Shown: positions 23,399-31,131 of the stretch, piece after piece
Layout of the letters: the number at the start of each line of letters is the position of its first letter
How positions within the stretch are numbered: the stretch's first letter is position 1
NCBI GenBank assembly: GCA_046744275.1
Contig: JBKOYW010000411.1
Location: 1 to 33,728, forward strand
Direction: 5' to 3'
Length of the DNA stretch: 33,728 nt
Source of the DNA: Actinomycetota bacterium
Lineage (GTDB): Bacteria > Actinomycetota > Thermoleophilia > Solirubrobacterales > Solirubrobacteraceae
Made by a program: the position numbers and the translations under genes
The notes under the pieces: model-generated
Databases searched by the model: none
Told to the model about the DNA's origin: nothing
Seen by the model: only the letters and a program-made list of their open reading frames with translations

Positions 23399-24462
23399 GC
23401 AGCGCCGACGCCGTCGCGTGGGTGCTGTGGATCGGCGTGACCGCGTACGCGGTGTTCGGCGGCGCGGATTTCGGGGCCGGGTTCTGGAGCCTGGTTGCCG
23501 GCGGCGGCGGTCGCGGCAAGCGCGCCCGTGAGCTGATCGACTGGGCGATCGGCCCCGTCTGGGAGGCCAACCACGTCTGGCTGATCTTCGTCCTCGTGGT
23601 GCTCTGGACCGGGTTCTCGAGCGCGTTCGAGGCGATCTTCTCGACGCTCTTCATCCCGCTCAGCCTGGCCGCGCTCGGCATCGTGCTGCGCGGCGCGGGA
23701 TTCGCGTTCCATAAGACGGCGCGACGCTTCAAAGGCCGACAGCTCGCCGAGCGCATCTTCGGGCTCTCGTCGTTGCTCACGCCGTTCTTCATGGGGACCG
23801 TGGTGGGGGCGGTCGCGTCCGGCCGGGTGCCGGTCGGCAACGCCGCCGGCGATCCCGTCACCAGCTGGCTCAATCTGCTCTCGCTCGTGATCGGCGCGCT
23901 CTTCGTCGCCACGTCCGCGTACCTCGCGGCCGTGTTCCTCGTCAGCGACGCCCGGCGCGCCCGCGCCGCCGACCTCGAGCGCTACTTCACCGTCCGAGCG
24001 CTCACGGCCGCGGTCGCCGCCGGTGCGCTCGCCATCGCCGGCATCTTTGCGCTGCGCGCGGACGCGCGCTTCGTCTACGACGGCCTGACCGGCGACGGAC
24101 TGCCGCTCGTGATCGTGTCGCTGCTGTGCGGACTGGCGGCGCTCGTCCTGCTCCGTCGCGGGGCGCGGCGCGGCGTGCGCCCCCTCGCCGTTGGCGCCGT
24201 CGCCGCCGTCATCTGGGGCTGGGGCGTCGCGCAGCACCCGTACCTGCTGCCGCAGCAGCTCACGATCGACGACGCCGCCGCGCCCAGCGCCACCCTGACG
24301 ACCGTGCTGATCGTGTTCGGCGTCGCCGTCGTGCTCGTGGTGCCGGCGATCGCGTTGCTCTACACGCTCGCACAACGGAGCCTGATCGAGGAAACCTCGA
24401 GCCCGACACCGCGCGCGGCCGGAACGGTTGACGACGCCGTCCGCCGGAGCGCGGGCTCCTAA
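23395..24462 (+). CDS. cydB: Cytochrome bd oxidase subunit II (copy 2)
   Basis: 355 aa, from GTG 23395 (GTGA overlap). Motifs GGADFGAG and GPVWEANHVWLIF. Confidence 0.9.
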   Translation: MSSADAVAWVLWIGVTAYAVFGGADFGAGFWSLVAGGGGRGKRARELIDWAIGPVWEANHVWLIFVLVVLWTGFSSAFEAIFSTLFIPLSLAALGIVLRGAGFAFHKTARRFKGRQLAERIFGLSSLLTPFFMGTVVGAVASGRVPVGNAAGDPVTSWLNLLSLVIGALFVATSAYLAAVFLVSDARRARAADLERYFTVRALTAAVAAGALAIAGIFALRADARFVYDGLTGDGLPLVIVSLLCGLAALVLLRRGARRGVRPLAVGAVAAVIWGWGVAQHPYLLPQQLTIDDAAAPSATLTTVLIVFGVAVVLVVPAIALLYTLAQRSLIEETSSPTPRAAGTVDDAVRRSAGS

Positions 24463-26186
24463 GGCACCGGCGTTCGGGCTCGATCAGCGCGGGTCGCGCT
24501 ACGTTCTGCGCGATCGTCTTGTTGTGCCGGCGTCCGAGACCCGTCCGCGTGGACGAAGTACAGCCTGATGGTCCCGGCCCGGGTCGTCTCGGCCACCAGC
24601 TGCGCGCCGTCGGCGAACTGGTCGCTCATCTCGTCGTAGCTCAGCAGCAGGTCCCGCTCGTGCAGCGGCGGGACGAGGACCGGCGCGTTCGGGTCGGGCG
24701 CGAGCCGGTGCACGTGCCCGTGGCCCAGCTCGATCCGGAGCTCCGCGGCGGCGAGCGCGTTGAAGTCGTCGCTCGACGTGAGCAGCAGGGCATCCGTGAC
24801 CTCGTCGAGCTCTGCCTCGCGGTTCACCGCGTCGACCATCATCCGCCCGCGGTCGGCTTCCAGACCCGCCGCCTGCGCCGCGGCCTGCTCGTGGGCGTCG
24901 CCGGTCCAGATCCGCACGCCTGCGCCTGCGCGGCGCAGGGCGCGGGCCACCTCGAGCGCCCAGGCATGACCGCCGACGACGAGCGCCGTGATGCCCTCGG
25001 CGCCCGCCACTCCGAGCCGGCGCGCGACCGGCACCGCCGTCAGCCCGTACAGCACGACGGTCCCGAAGATCGCGACGAAAACGACGGGCAGGACGGCGTC
25101 GGCGCCGGCGACGCCCTGCTGTGAGAGCTGGAGCCCGAACGCGGACGCCGAGGCCCCGGCCACGATCCCGCGCGGGGCCATCCAGGCGATGAAGCCGCGC
25201 TCACGCAGCGACAGGGACGAGCCCCACGTCGAGAGCGCGACCGCGACGGGCCGGATGATGAGCGCCATGACGGCGACGAGGGCGAGCGCCTCGGGCAGCA
25301 CGGCCTCGACGTCAGCCGGCGAAACCGACGCCGCGATCAGGACGAACAGCACCCCGACCAGCAGCTGGACCAGGGTCTGCTGGAACTCGAGCATCAGCGA
25401 GACGTCGATCGATCGCTGGTTTGCGAGCGCCATGCCCATCGCGGTCGTGGCCACGAAGCCGGCGTCCTCGCGGAGCAGATCGGCGGCGACCAGCGCGCCG
25501 ACCACGGTCGCGAGCGTGAGCGGGACCGCTTGGCGAGGCGCCCGGCGCTGCGCCTCGGCGAGCAGCAGCCGCAACACGACGACGCCCACCACCGCGACCA
25601 GCAGCCCGACGGCGATGCTCAGCAGCATCTCGCCTGGATGCCACGCCTCCCCGGTCGCGGCGGCATGGAACACCAGAACGCCGAGCAGCGCGCCGACCGG
25701 GTCGACGAGCACGCCCTCCCACGTGAGCAGTGACCGGACCTCGTGCTGCGGACGCACGAACGAGAGCAGCGGTAGCACGACCGTCGGGCCGGAGACGACG
25801 AGGATCGCCCCGATCAGCAGCGCGACGCGCTTGTCGAGCCCGCCGATCAGCAGCGCGGCCGCCGCCGACACCGCGAGCCAGGTGACGAGCGCGCCGACGG
25901 CGACGAGCCGGACGACGAGCCGGCGCGCATCGGGGGCGATCGCGCCGAATGAGAGCCGGAGGCCGGCCTCGAACAGGATCACCCCGACGGCGATCGACAC
26001 GAACGGCTGGAAGAGGTCACCGAGCAGCCGGTCCGGATGGACATCGTCGGTCACGATGCCGGCGACGAAGCCGACCGGGAGGAGGACGACGATCGCCGGA
26101 AGCCGCGTCAGCCGCGCGACGAGCTGCGCCGCGACGGCGAGGCCGAGCACGAGGCCGAGGCCGAGAAGGACGTCGTCGCTCGACAT
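24459..26186 (-). CDS. Cation:proton antiporter (Na+/H+ exchanger family) with a C-terminal RCK/TrkA-like domain
   Basis: 575 aa. About 12 TM helices beginning LGLGLVLGLAVAAQLVARLTRLPAIVVLL. The cytoplasmic tail has VVGGHAWALEVARAL (a Rossmann-like motif). Its stop overlaps the cydB stop region by 4 nt. Confidence 0.86.
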   Translation of the reverse strand: MSSDDVLLGLGLVLGLAVAAQLVARLTRLPAIVVLLPVGFVAGIVTDDVHPDRLLGDLFQPFVSIAVGVILFEAGLRLSFGAIAPDARRLVVRLVAVGALVTWLAVSAAAALLIGGLDKRVALLIGAILVVSGPTVVLPLLSFVRPQHEVRSLLTWEGVLVDPVGALLGVLVFHAAATGEAWHPGEMLLSIAVGLLVAVVGVVVLRLLLAEAQRRAPRQAVPLTLATVVGALVAADLLREDAGFVATTAMGMALANQRSIDVSLMLEFQQTLVQLLVGVLFVLIAASVSPADVEAVLPEALALVAVMALIIRPVAVALSTWGSSLSLRERGFIAWMAPRGIVAGASASAFGLQLSQQGVAGADAVLPVVFVAIFGTVVLYGLTAVPVARRLGVAGAEGITALVVGGHAWALEVARALRRAGAGVRIWTGDAHEQAAAQAAGLEADRGRMMVDAVNREAELDEVTDALLLTSSDDFNALAAAELRIELGHGHVHRLAPDPNAPVLVPPLHERDLLLSYDEMSDQFADGAQLVAETTRAGTIRLYFVHADGSRTPAQQDDRAERSATRADRARTPVP

Positions 26187-26192
26187 GGCACG

Positions 26193-27398
26193 TCAGCTCG
26201 GCGCGGCGGCCACGGGGGACGGCTCGGGCGGAGCGGGCTGCTCCTCGGCCTCGGCGGCGCGGGCGCGGGCGAGGTCGGCCGAGATCTTCACGGCGGCCGA
26301 CGTGAGCGGTGCGGCGACGATCAGCCCGATGGTCCCGAACAGGGCGCCGCCAGCGATCGTGACGATGAGGACGGCGAGCGGATGGATGCCGAGCGCGGCC
26401 CCGAACGCGATCGGCTGGATGAGCTGTTGCAGCGCGCCGTTGGCGAGCAGCACGATCACGGCCATCGCGATCGCCTCCGACGAGCCGCCGCCCCCGAGCG
26501 CGACGAGGACGGTGAACGCACCCGCCGTCCACGCCCCGATGTAGGGGATGTATGCGGCGACGAAGTTCACGACCGCGATCGAGCCGGCGAGCGGGACGCC
26601 CAGCACCAGGGCGCCGAGCCCGATGACGATGCCGTTGAACGCCGCGATCGCCGTGACGCCGGCGAAGTAGCCGCGCAGCGAGCCGATGGTGCGCCGGCTG
26701 ATCGTGCGGGCGACCGGCTGCGGGACGCCGAGGTGACGCTCGAGCCAGCTCCTGATCGCCGGCCCGTCCTTGAGCAGGAAGAAGAGGCTGAGCACGGTGA
26801 ACGAGACGAACACCGCGAGCGATGCCAGCTCACTCAACCCGGCGCCGAGGCCGTGGAGCAGGAAGTGGAACGCGCTGCTGACCGAGCCGCTCGCGTCGCT
26901 CTTGGCCTGCGCGGCCGTCTGCGAGCTCACGCCGAGGTCCTTCAGCCAGCCCTCGACCTTGGTCACCGCGCTCTGGAGCTGGGAGTTGATCTCGCCCGAC
27001 TGGGCGGAGATGCCGCTGAGGACCAGCAGGGCGATCCCGATGCCCGCGAGCACGACGAGCAGCAGCACGATCGCGGTGCCGGCCCCGCGCGGCACCCGGT
27101 GCCGCGCAAGTCGCCGCACGAGCGGCGCCAGGACCGAGGCGAGGATGGCCGCCGCGACGACCGGGGTGACGATCGTCTGGGTGAGCGAGAGCAGCCAGAC
27201 GGCCCCCACGAGCATGCCCGCGACGCCCACGAGCAGCCACGCCATGATGCCGAGGTCGCGCAGCCAGGGCGGCGCCGCGAAGATCCCCGACAGCTCGCGC
27301 GCGTCGATCTCGACGAACTCGGTCTCGCCGTTGGCACGCTCTCCGTCGGGGCCCTCGTGGCGCACGCGCCAGTGCAGCGTGGGTCTGAGCTTCCGCAT
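26193..27398 (-). CDS. AI-2E family transporter (PerM / UPF0118)
   Basis: 401 aa. The TM pattern and the FNGIVIGLGALVLGVPLAG...YIPYIG block are typical of AI-2E transporters. It ends 6 nt before the antiporter start, indicating an operon. The N-terminal ~45 aa are soluble and the start is not verified. Confidence 0.82.
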   Translation of the reverse strand: MRKLRPTLHWRVRHEGPDGERANGETEFVEIDARELSGIFAAPPWLRDLGIMAWLLVGVAGMLVGAVWLLSLTQTIVTPVVAAAILASVLAPLVRRLARHRVPRGAGTAIVLLLVVLAGIGIALLVLSGISAQSGEINSQLQSAVTKVEGWLKDLGVSSQTAAQAKSDASGSVSSAFHFLLHGLGAGLSELASLAVFVSFTVLSLFFLLKDGPAIRSWLERHLGVPQPVARTISRRTIGSLRGYFAGVTAIAAFNGIVIGLGALVLGVPLAGSIAVVNFVAAYIPYIGAWTAGAFTVLVALGGGGSSEAIAMAVIVLLANGALQQLIQPIAFGAALGIHPLAVLIVTIAGGALFGTIGLIVAAPLTSAAVKISADLARARAAEAEEQPAPPEPSPVAAAPS

Positions 27399-27484
27399 GG
27401 CCCCATGGTCCGGTCCCGGAGGGAGCCCGGCCTCATGCGGATCGGATGATGCGGCCGGGGCCGGGCGCGGCGAGGGTCACGTGC

Positions 27485-29086
27485 ATGTCCGCCGATCCAC
27501 CCCGGGCCGCCCCGCCCCGAGCCACGCTGGTGCTCGTCGCGCTGATCCTCGTCGCGGGCGTCGCCAACCTGAACCTGTCGGTCGCCAACGTCGCCCTGCC
27601 CGACATCGGCAGGCACTTCGACTCGTCGCAGACGACGCTCGACCTGATCGCGGTCGGCTACTCGCTCGGCCTGGCGGCCACTGTGCTCTACCTCGGCGCC
27701 CTGGGCGACCGCTACGGGCGCAAGCTGATGCTGCTGCTCGGCCTCGCGCTCTCGGTGCCGGCGTGCCTGCTGGCGGCGTTCGCCCCGAGCGACGGCGTGC
27801 TGTTCGGAGCCCGCGTCCTCGGCGGTGTCTCCGCAGGCATGGCGTACCCCACGACGCTCGCGCTGATCACCGCGCTGTGGTCGGGCCCGGGCCGGACGAA
27901 GGCGATCGCGCTGTGGTCGGCGGTCGGTGGGGCGATCGCGTCTCTCGGCCCGCTGATCTCCGGCGCGCTGCTCGAGCAGTTCGACTGGGGGTCGGTCTTC
28001 GTGATCACGTTGCCGCTGGTGGTGATCGCGTTCCCGATGGCCATGCGGTACGTGCCCGGCCACGTCAACGAGACCACCGACCCGGTCGACAGCCTCGGCG
28101 GAGTGCTCTCGGTGGCCCTCGTCTCGGCCCTGATCCTCGCGATCAACTTCGCCGCGGTCCCCGACAAGGGAGACCTGACGCTGGCGCTCGCGGCGATCGC
28201 GGTTGTCGGATTGATCGCCTTCGTCATCCGCCAGCGCCACGCGAGCAACCCGCTGTACGACCTGCACGTCGCGTCGCGACGGATCTTCTGGGTCGCCGCA
28301 TGCGCGGGGATCATCGTGTTCGGATCGCTGATGGGCGCCGCGTTCATCAGCCAGCAGTTCCTGCAGAACGTGCTCGGGTACTCGACGCTCGGCGCGGGGG
28401 CGGCGTTCCTGCCCGCCGTCGTGTTCATGGTGCTCGTCGCCCCGCGCTCGGCCAAGCTCGTCGAGGCGCGGGGCGCTCGCTTCACGCTGCTGTGCGGCTA
28501 CGTGTTCCTGCTGCTCGGCTTCGGCACGATGCTGCTGCTCTGGAAGGAGGGCAGCCCTTACTGGAAGATCGGCATCGCCTACGTCTTCATCGGGATCGGC
28601 GTGGGGTTCGCCGGCACGCCCGCGTCGCACTCGCTGACGGGCTCGGTGCCCGTGCGGCGGGCGGGGATGGCGTCGGGCACCGCCGACCTGCAGCGCGACC
28701 TCGGCGGCGCGATCATGCAGTCGATCTTCGGCGCCCTGCTCACGGCCGGCTACGCCGTGGCCGCCGCCGCGGCGGTCGCCGGCGCGCCGAACAACCAGCA
28801 GGTCAACGAGAGCGTCCAGAACCAGCTCACGAAGTCGTTCGCCGGCGCCGAGTCCGTCGCGCAGCAGTTCCCGCAGTACACGAGCCAGATCACGGCCGCC
28901 GCAAAGCAGTCCTTCCTCGACGGCGCGGACTGGGCGTACACCGCCGGCATCATTGCCGTGCTGCTCGGCGCCGCTCTCGTGGCGTTCCTCTTCCCCTCGA
29001 GGGACGAGGAGGCACGGCTACTCGAGCGCTACCAGGCGGAGGACACGCGGCAGCCCGAGCGCGATCAGGCGCTCGCCGCCGTCTGA
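27485..29086 (+). CDS. MFS transporter, DHA2 (14-TMS drug:H+ antiporter, EmrB/QacA-like)
   Basis: Lies in ORF 27446..29086. LGALGDRYGRKLMLL is MFS motif A, and the length and helix count fit DHA2. ATG 27485 was chosen to leave promoter room. ATG 27446 is the alternative. Confidence 0.86.
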   Translation: MSADPPRAAPPRATLVLVALILVAGVANLNLSVANVALPDIGRHFDSSQTTLDLIAVGYSLGLAATVLYLGALGDRYGRKLMLLLGLALSVPACLLAAFAPSDGVLFGARVLGGVSAGMAYPTTLALITALWSGPGRTKAIALWSAVGGAIASLGPLISGALLEQFDWGSVFVITLPLVVIAFPMAMRYVPGHVNETTDPVDSLGGVLSVALVSALILAINFAAVPDKGDLTLALAAIAVVGLIAFVIRQRHASNPLYDLHVASRRIFWVAACAGIIVFGSLMGAAFISQQFLQNVLGYSTLGAGAAFLPAVVFMVLVAPRSAKLVEARGARFTLLCGYVFLLLGFGTMLLLWKEGSPYWKIGIAYVFIGIGVGFAGTPASHSLTGSVPVRRAGMASGTADLQRDLGGAIMQSIFGALLTAGYAVAAAAAVAGAPNNQQVNESVQNQLTKSFAGAESVAQQFPQYTSQITAAAKQSFLDGADWAYTAGIIAVLLGAALVAFLFPSRDEEARLLERYQAEDTRQPERDQALAAV

Positions 29087-29451
29087 TCGTCGCCGTAGAT
29101 GAAGATGCCGTGGATGACGTAGATGCACAGGAAGAAGATGGCCAGCGACCACCACGGGTAGGAGCCGCCGATCGACAGCAGGGCTCCTATCGCACCGAGG
29201 CTCGCTCCGAGGATCCCGATGAACCGGCCGAACACGTTGCCGGCCATCAGCGAAAGACCGCCGGCGAGCTGGATCAGCCCGAGGACGATCAGTACCCAGC
29301 CCAGTGTGTTGAGGTCGTCGAGCACGTACCTCCGGTCGTCGACGAAGACGTTCGCCCCGTCCAGGGCGCCGATCCCGTAGATGATGTTGAGAATGCCTAC
29401 GAGCAGCAGCAGCGTCGCTGCGAACACGACCCGACCGGTACCTCGCATCAT
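29065..29451 (-). CDS. Small 4-TM membrane protein, DUF7144-like, paralog 3 (more divergent)
   Basis: 128 aa, with GAAGGAGG just upstream of ATG 29451. It keeps LVGILNIIYGIGALD, DLNTLGWVL and GRFIG. Its 3' end overlaps the MFS gene end by 22 nt. Confidence 0.75.
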   Translation of the reverse strand: MMRGTGRVVFAATLLLLVGILNIIYGIGALDGANVFVDDRRYVLDDLNTLGWVLIVLGLIQLAGGLSLMAGNVFGRFIGILGASLGAIGALLSIGGSYPWWSLAIFFLCIYVIHGIFIYGDDQTAASA

Positions 29452-29473
29452 GAACCTCCTTCAGGGGTGAGCC

Positions 29474-29824
29474 TCACCGGTCGCGCAGGGTCGACCAGGT
29501 GACGAGATCAAGCAGGAAGGCCAGGCCGACGAAGACCCACTCGACCCCGAACACGCGGTCGGAGTAGATCCCCCACATCATCGCGTAGGTGATCGTCGTC
29601 CACGGCAGGATGAAGAAGCCGGCGAACCAGATGACCCAGCTCGAGAACGCCTCGCCGATCTGCCGGCTGAAGATCACGAACCCCAAGATGAAGAGCCGCG
29701 GCCAGAAGAACAGCGAGACGACGATCACGAGCTCGACGGCCCGGGAGGGCGAGAACGCGTCGGATCGGGCTCTGGACGATGCCATGGCGCGGATGCTCGC
29801 CGCCGCCGTTGCGGCCATGCTCAT
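29474..29824 (-). CDS. Hypothetical small membrane protein (3-4 TM, Trp/Phe-rich)
   Basis: 116-aa ORF located between the REC gene and paralog 3. G/C-rich third positions. The start is ambiguous (ATG 29824 or 29785). No family recognised. Confidence 0.5.
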   Translation of the reverse strand: MSMAATAAASIRAMASSRARSDAFSPSRAVELVIVVSLFFWPRLFILGFVIFSRQIGEAFSSWVIWFAGFFILPWTTITYAMMWGIYSDRVFGVEWVFVGLAFLLDLVTWSTLRDR

Positions 29825-29840
29825 CCCGATCGGATGAGCC

Positions 29841-30230
29841 TCAGCTCCGCCGGTACGTGTCCCACAGCTGCCGCAGCGTCGCCGGGCAGAAGTCCTGCTT
29901 GCGCAGCGCTGCGGCCGCGCCGGAGCCGCCTGACAGCGCGTCGACGTCGACCGGGTCCTCGTGCGAGATCAGCACGACAACCGCCTGCGGGTGGGCATCG
30001 CACAGGCGCCGCGCGGTCTCGATGCCGTCCATCCCCGGCATCCGCACGTCGATCAGGACCAGGTCGGGCTCGAGCGTCGCCGATAGCGTCAGCGCCTCGC
30101 CTCCCGAGGCGGCCTCGGCCAGCGCCTCGAACCCCGGCGTCGCGGCGATCACATCGTGCGCAGCCGCGCGGGAAACCGCCTGGTCGTCGACCATGAGGAC
30201 GCGCACGGTGCGGTCGGTGGTGGCTCTCAT
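29841..30230 (-). CDS. Single-domain response regulator (REC only)
   Basis: Starts RVLMVDDQ. Phospho-acceptor context LVLIDVRMPGMDG. No output domain. ATG 30230 was chosen, and the ORF extends to GTG 30260. Confidence 0.78.
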   Translation of the reverse strand: MRATTDRTVRVLMVDDQAVSRAAAHDVIAATPGFEALAEAASGGEALTLSATLEPDLVLIDVRMPGMDGIETARRLCDAHPQAVVVLISHEDPVDVDALSGGSGAAAALRKQDFCPATLRQLWDTYRRS

Positions 30231-30331
30231 CCCGGAAGCGCAAACGTCGCATGCGGGCACGTGACCGACAATGACGCCCGCCTGTGTCGGGACCGGGGGT
30301 GTTGGCCTACCGCCTTGGAGCCTGCGAGCGG

Positions 30332-31027
30332 TCAGTCGTGCATCGCGCGGGCCGGCGACGGCAACTCCGACTCCGACAGGAACATCAGCGCGGCCTTCAC
30401 GCGCTTGCTCACGTCGTCCGCGAAGCCGAGCCCGAGCTTGAGGAAGATCGAGTTGATGTGCTTCTCGACGGCACGCTTCGAGAGCACGAGCGACTCGGCG
30501 ATCGCCGTGTTGCTCTTCCCCTGCGCGATCTCGGCCAGCACCTGGCGCTCGCGCGGGGACAGCTCGGCGAGGGCCGAGCGCGCGATCGCAGCCTTGCCCT
30601 TGACGAGCGCGTCCACCAGGCTCGGATCGATGACCGCGCCGCCCCGCACGACCGCCTGGATCGCGTCGCGCAACTCGGCCGGATCGTGGAGGCGCTGCTT
30701 GAGCAGGTAGCCGCGACGATCCGAGCCCGATTCGAGCAACGAGAGCGCGTACACAGGCTCGTCGTACTGGCTGAGCACGACGACGCCCACATCGGGGTGC
30801 GTCTGTCGCAACCGGTTGGCGGCACGGATCCCCTCGTCGGAGTATGAGGGCGGCATGCGGATGTCGGTCACGACGACGTCGGGCGCCTCGCGGTCGACCG
30901 CCTCCAGGACGCCCGGAAGGTCGTCGCAGGCTGCGACGACCTCGAACTCGGGCTCGCCCGCGAGGAGTTGCAGGATCCCGTGACGCGCGATCAGGTTGTC
31001 ATCGGCGACGACGACGCGCACGTTCAT
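30332..31027 (-). CDS. NarL/LuxR-family response regulator
   Basis: 231 aa. REC domain with VVVADDN and VVVTDIRMPP. C-terminal LuxR HTH with LSPRERQVLAEIAQGKSNTAIAESLVLSKRAVEKHINSIFLKL. Confidence 0.92.
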   Translation of the reverse strand: MNVRVVVADDNLIARHGILQLLAGEPEFEVVAACDDLPGVLEAVDREAPDVVVTDIRMPPSYSDEGIRAANRLRQTHPDVGVVVLSQYDEPVYALSLLESGSDRRGYLLKQRLHDPAELRDAIQAVVRGGAVIDPSLVDALVKGKAAIARSALAELSPRERQVLAEIAQGKSNTAIAESLVLSKRAVEKHINSIFLKLGLGFADDVSKRVKAALMFLSESELPSPARAMHD

Positions 31028-31069
31028 CCTCCCCGACTCTACTCCACGGGTCGCACCGGTCTTGCGGTT

Positions 31070-31086
31070 TCACCCTCCGCGGGTGA
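31070..31086. promoter_or_regulatory. Inverted repeat TCACCC-n5-GGGTGA in the divergent response-regulator / kinase intergenic region
   Basis: A perfect 6-bp arm palindrome lying 46 nt upstream of the kinase ATG 31132. It is a candidate operator, based on sequence symmetry and position only. Confidence 0.3.
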
Positions 31087-31131
31087 TGCCGGGTCGCCCG
31101 GCCCCGCAGTACTGTCGCTTGAAGAGGCCCC

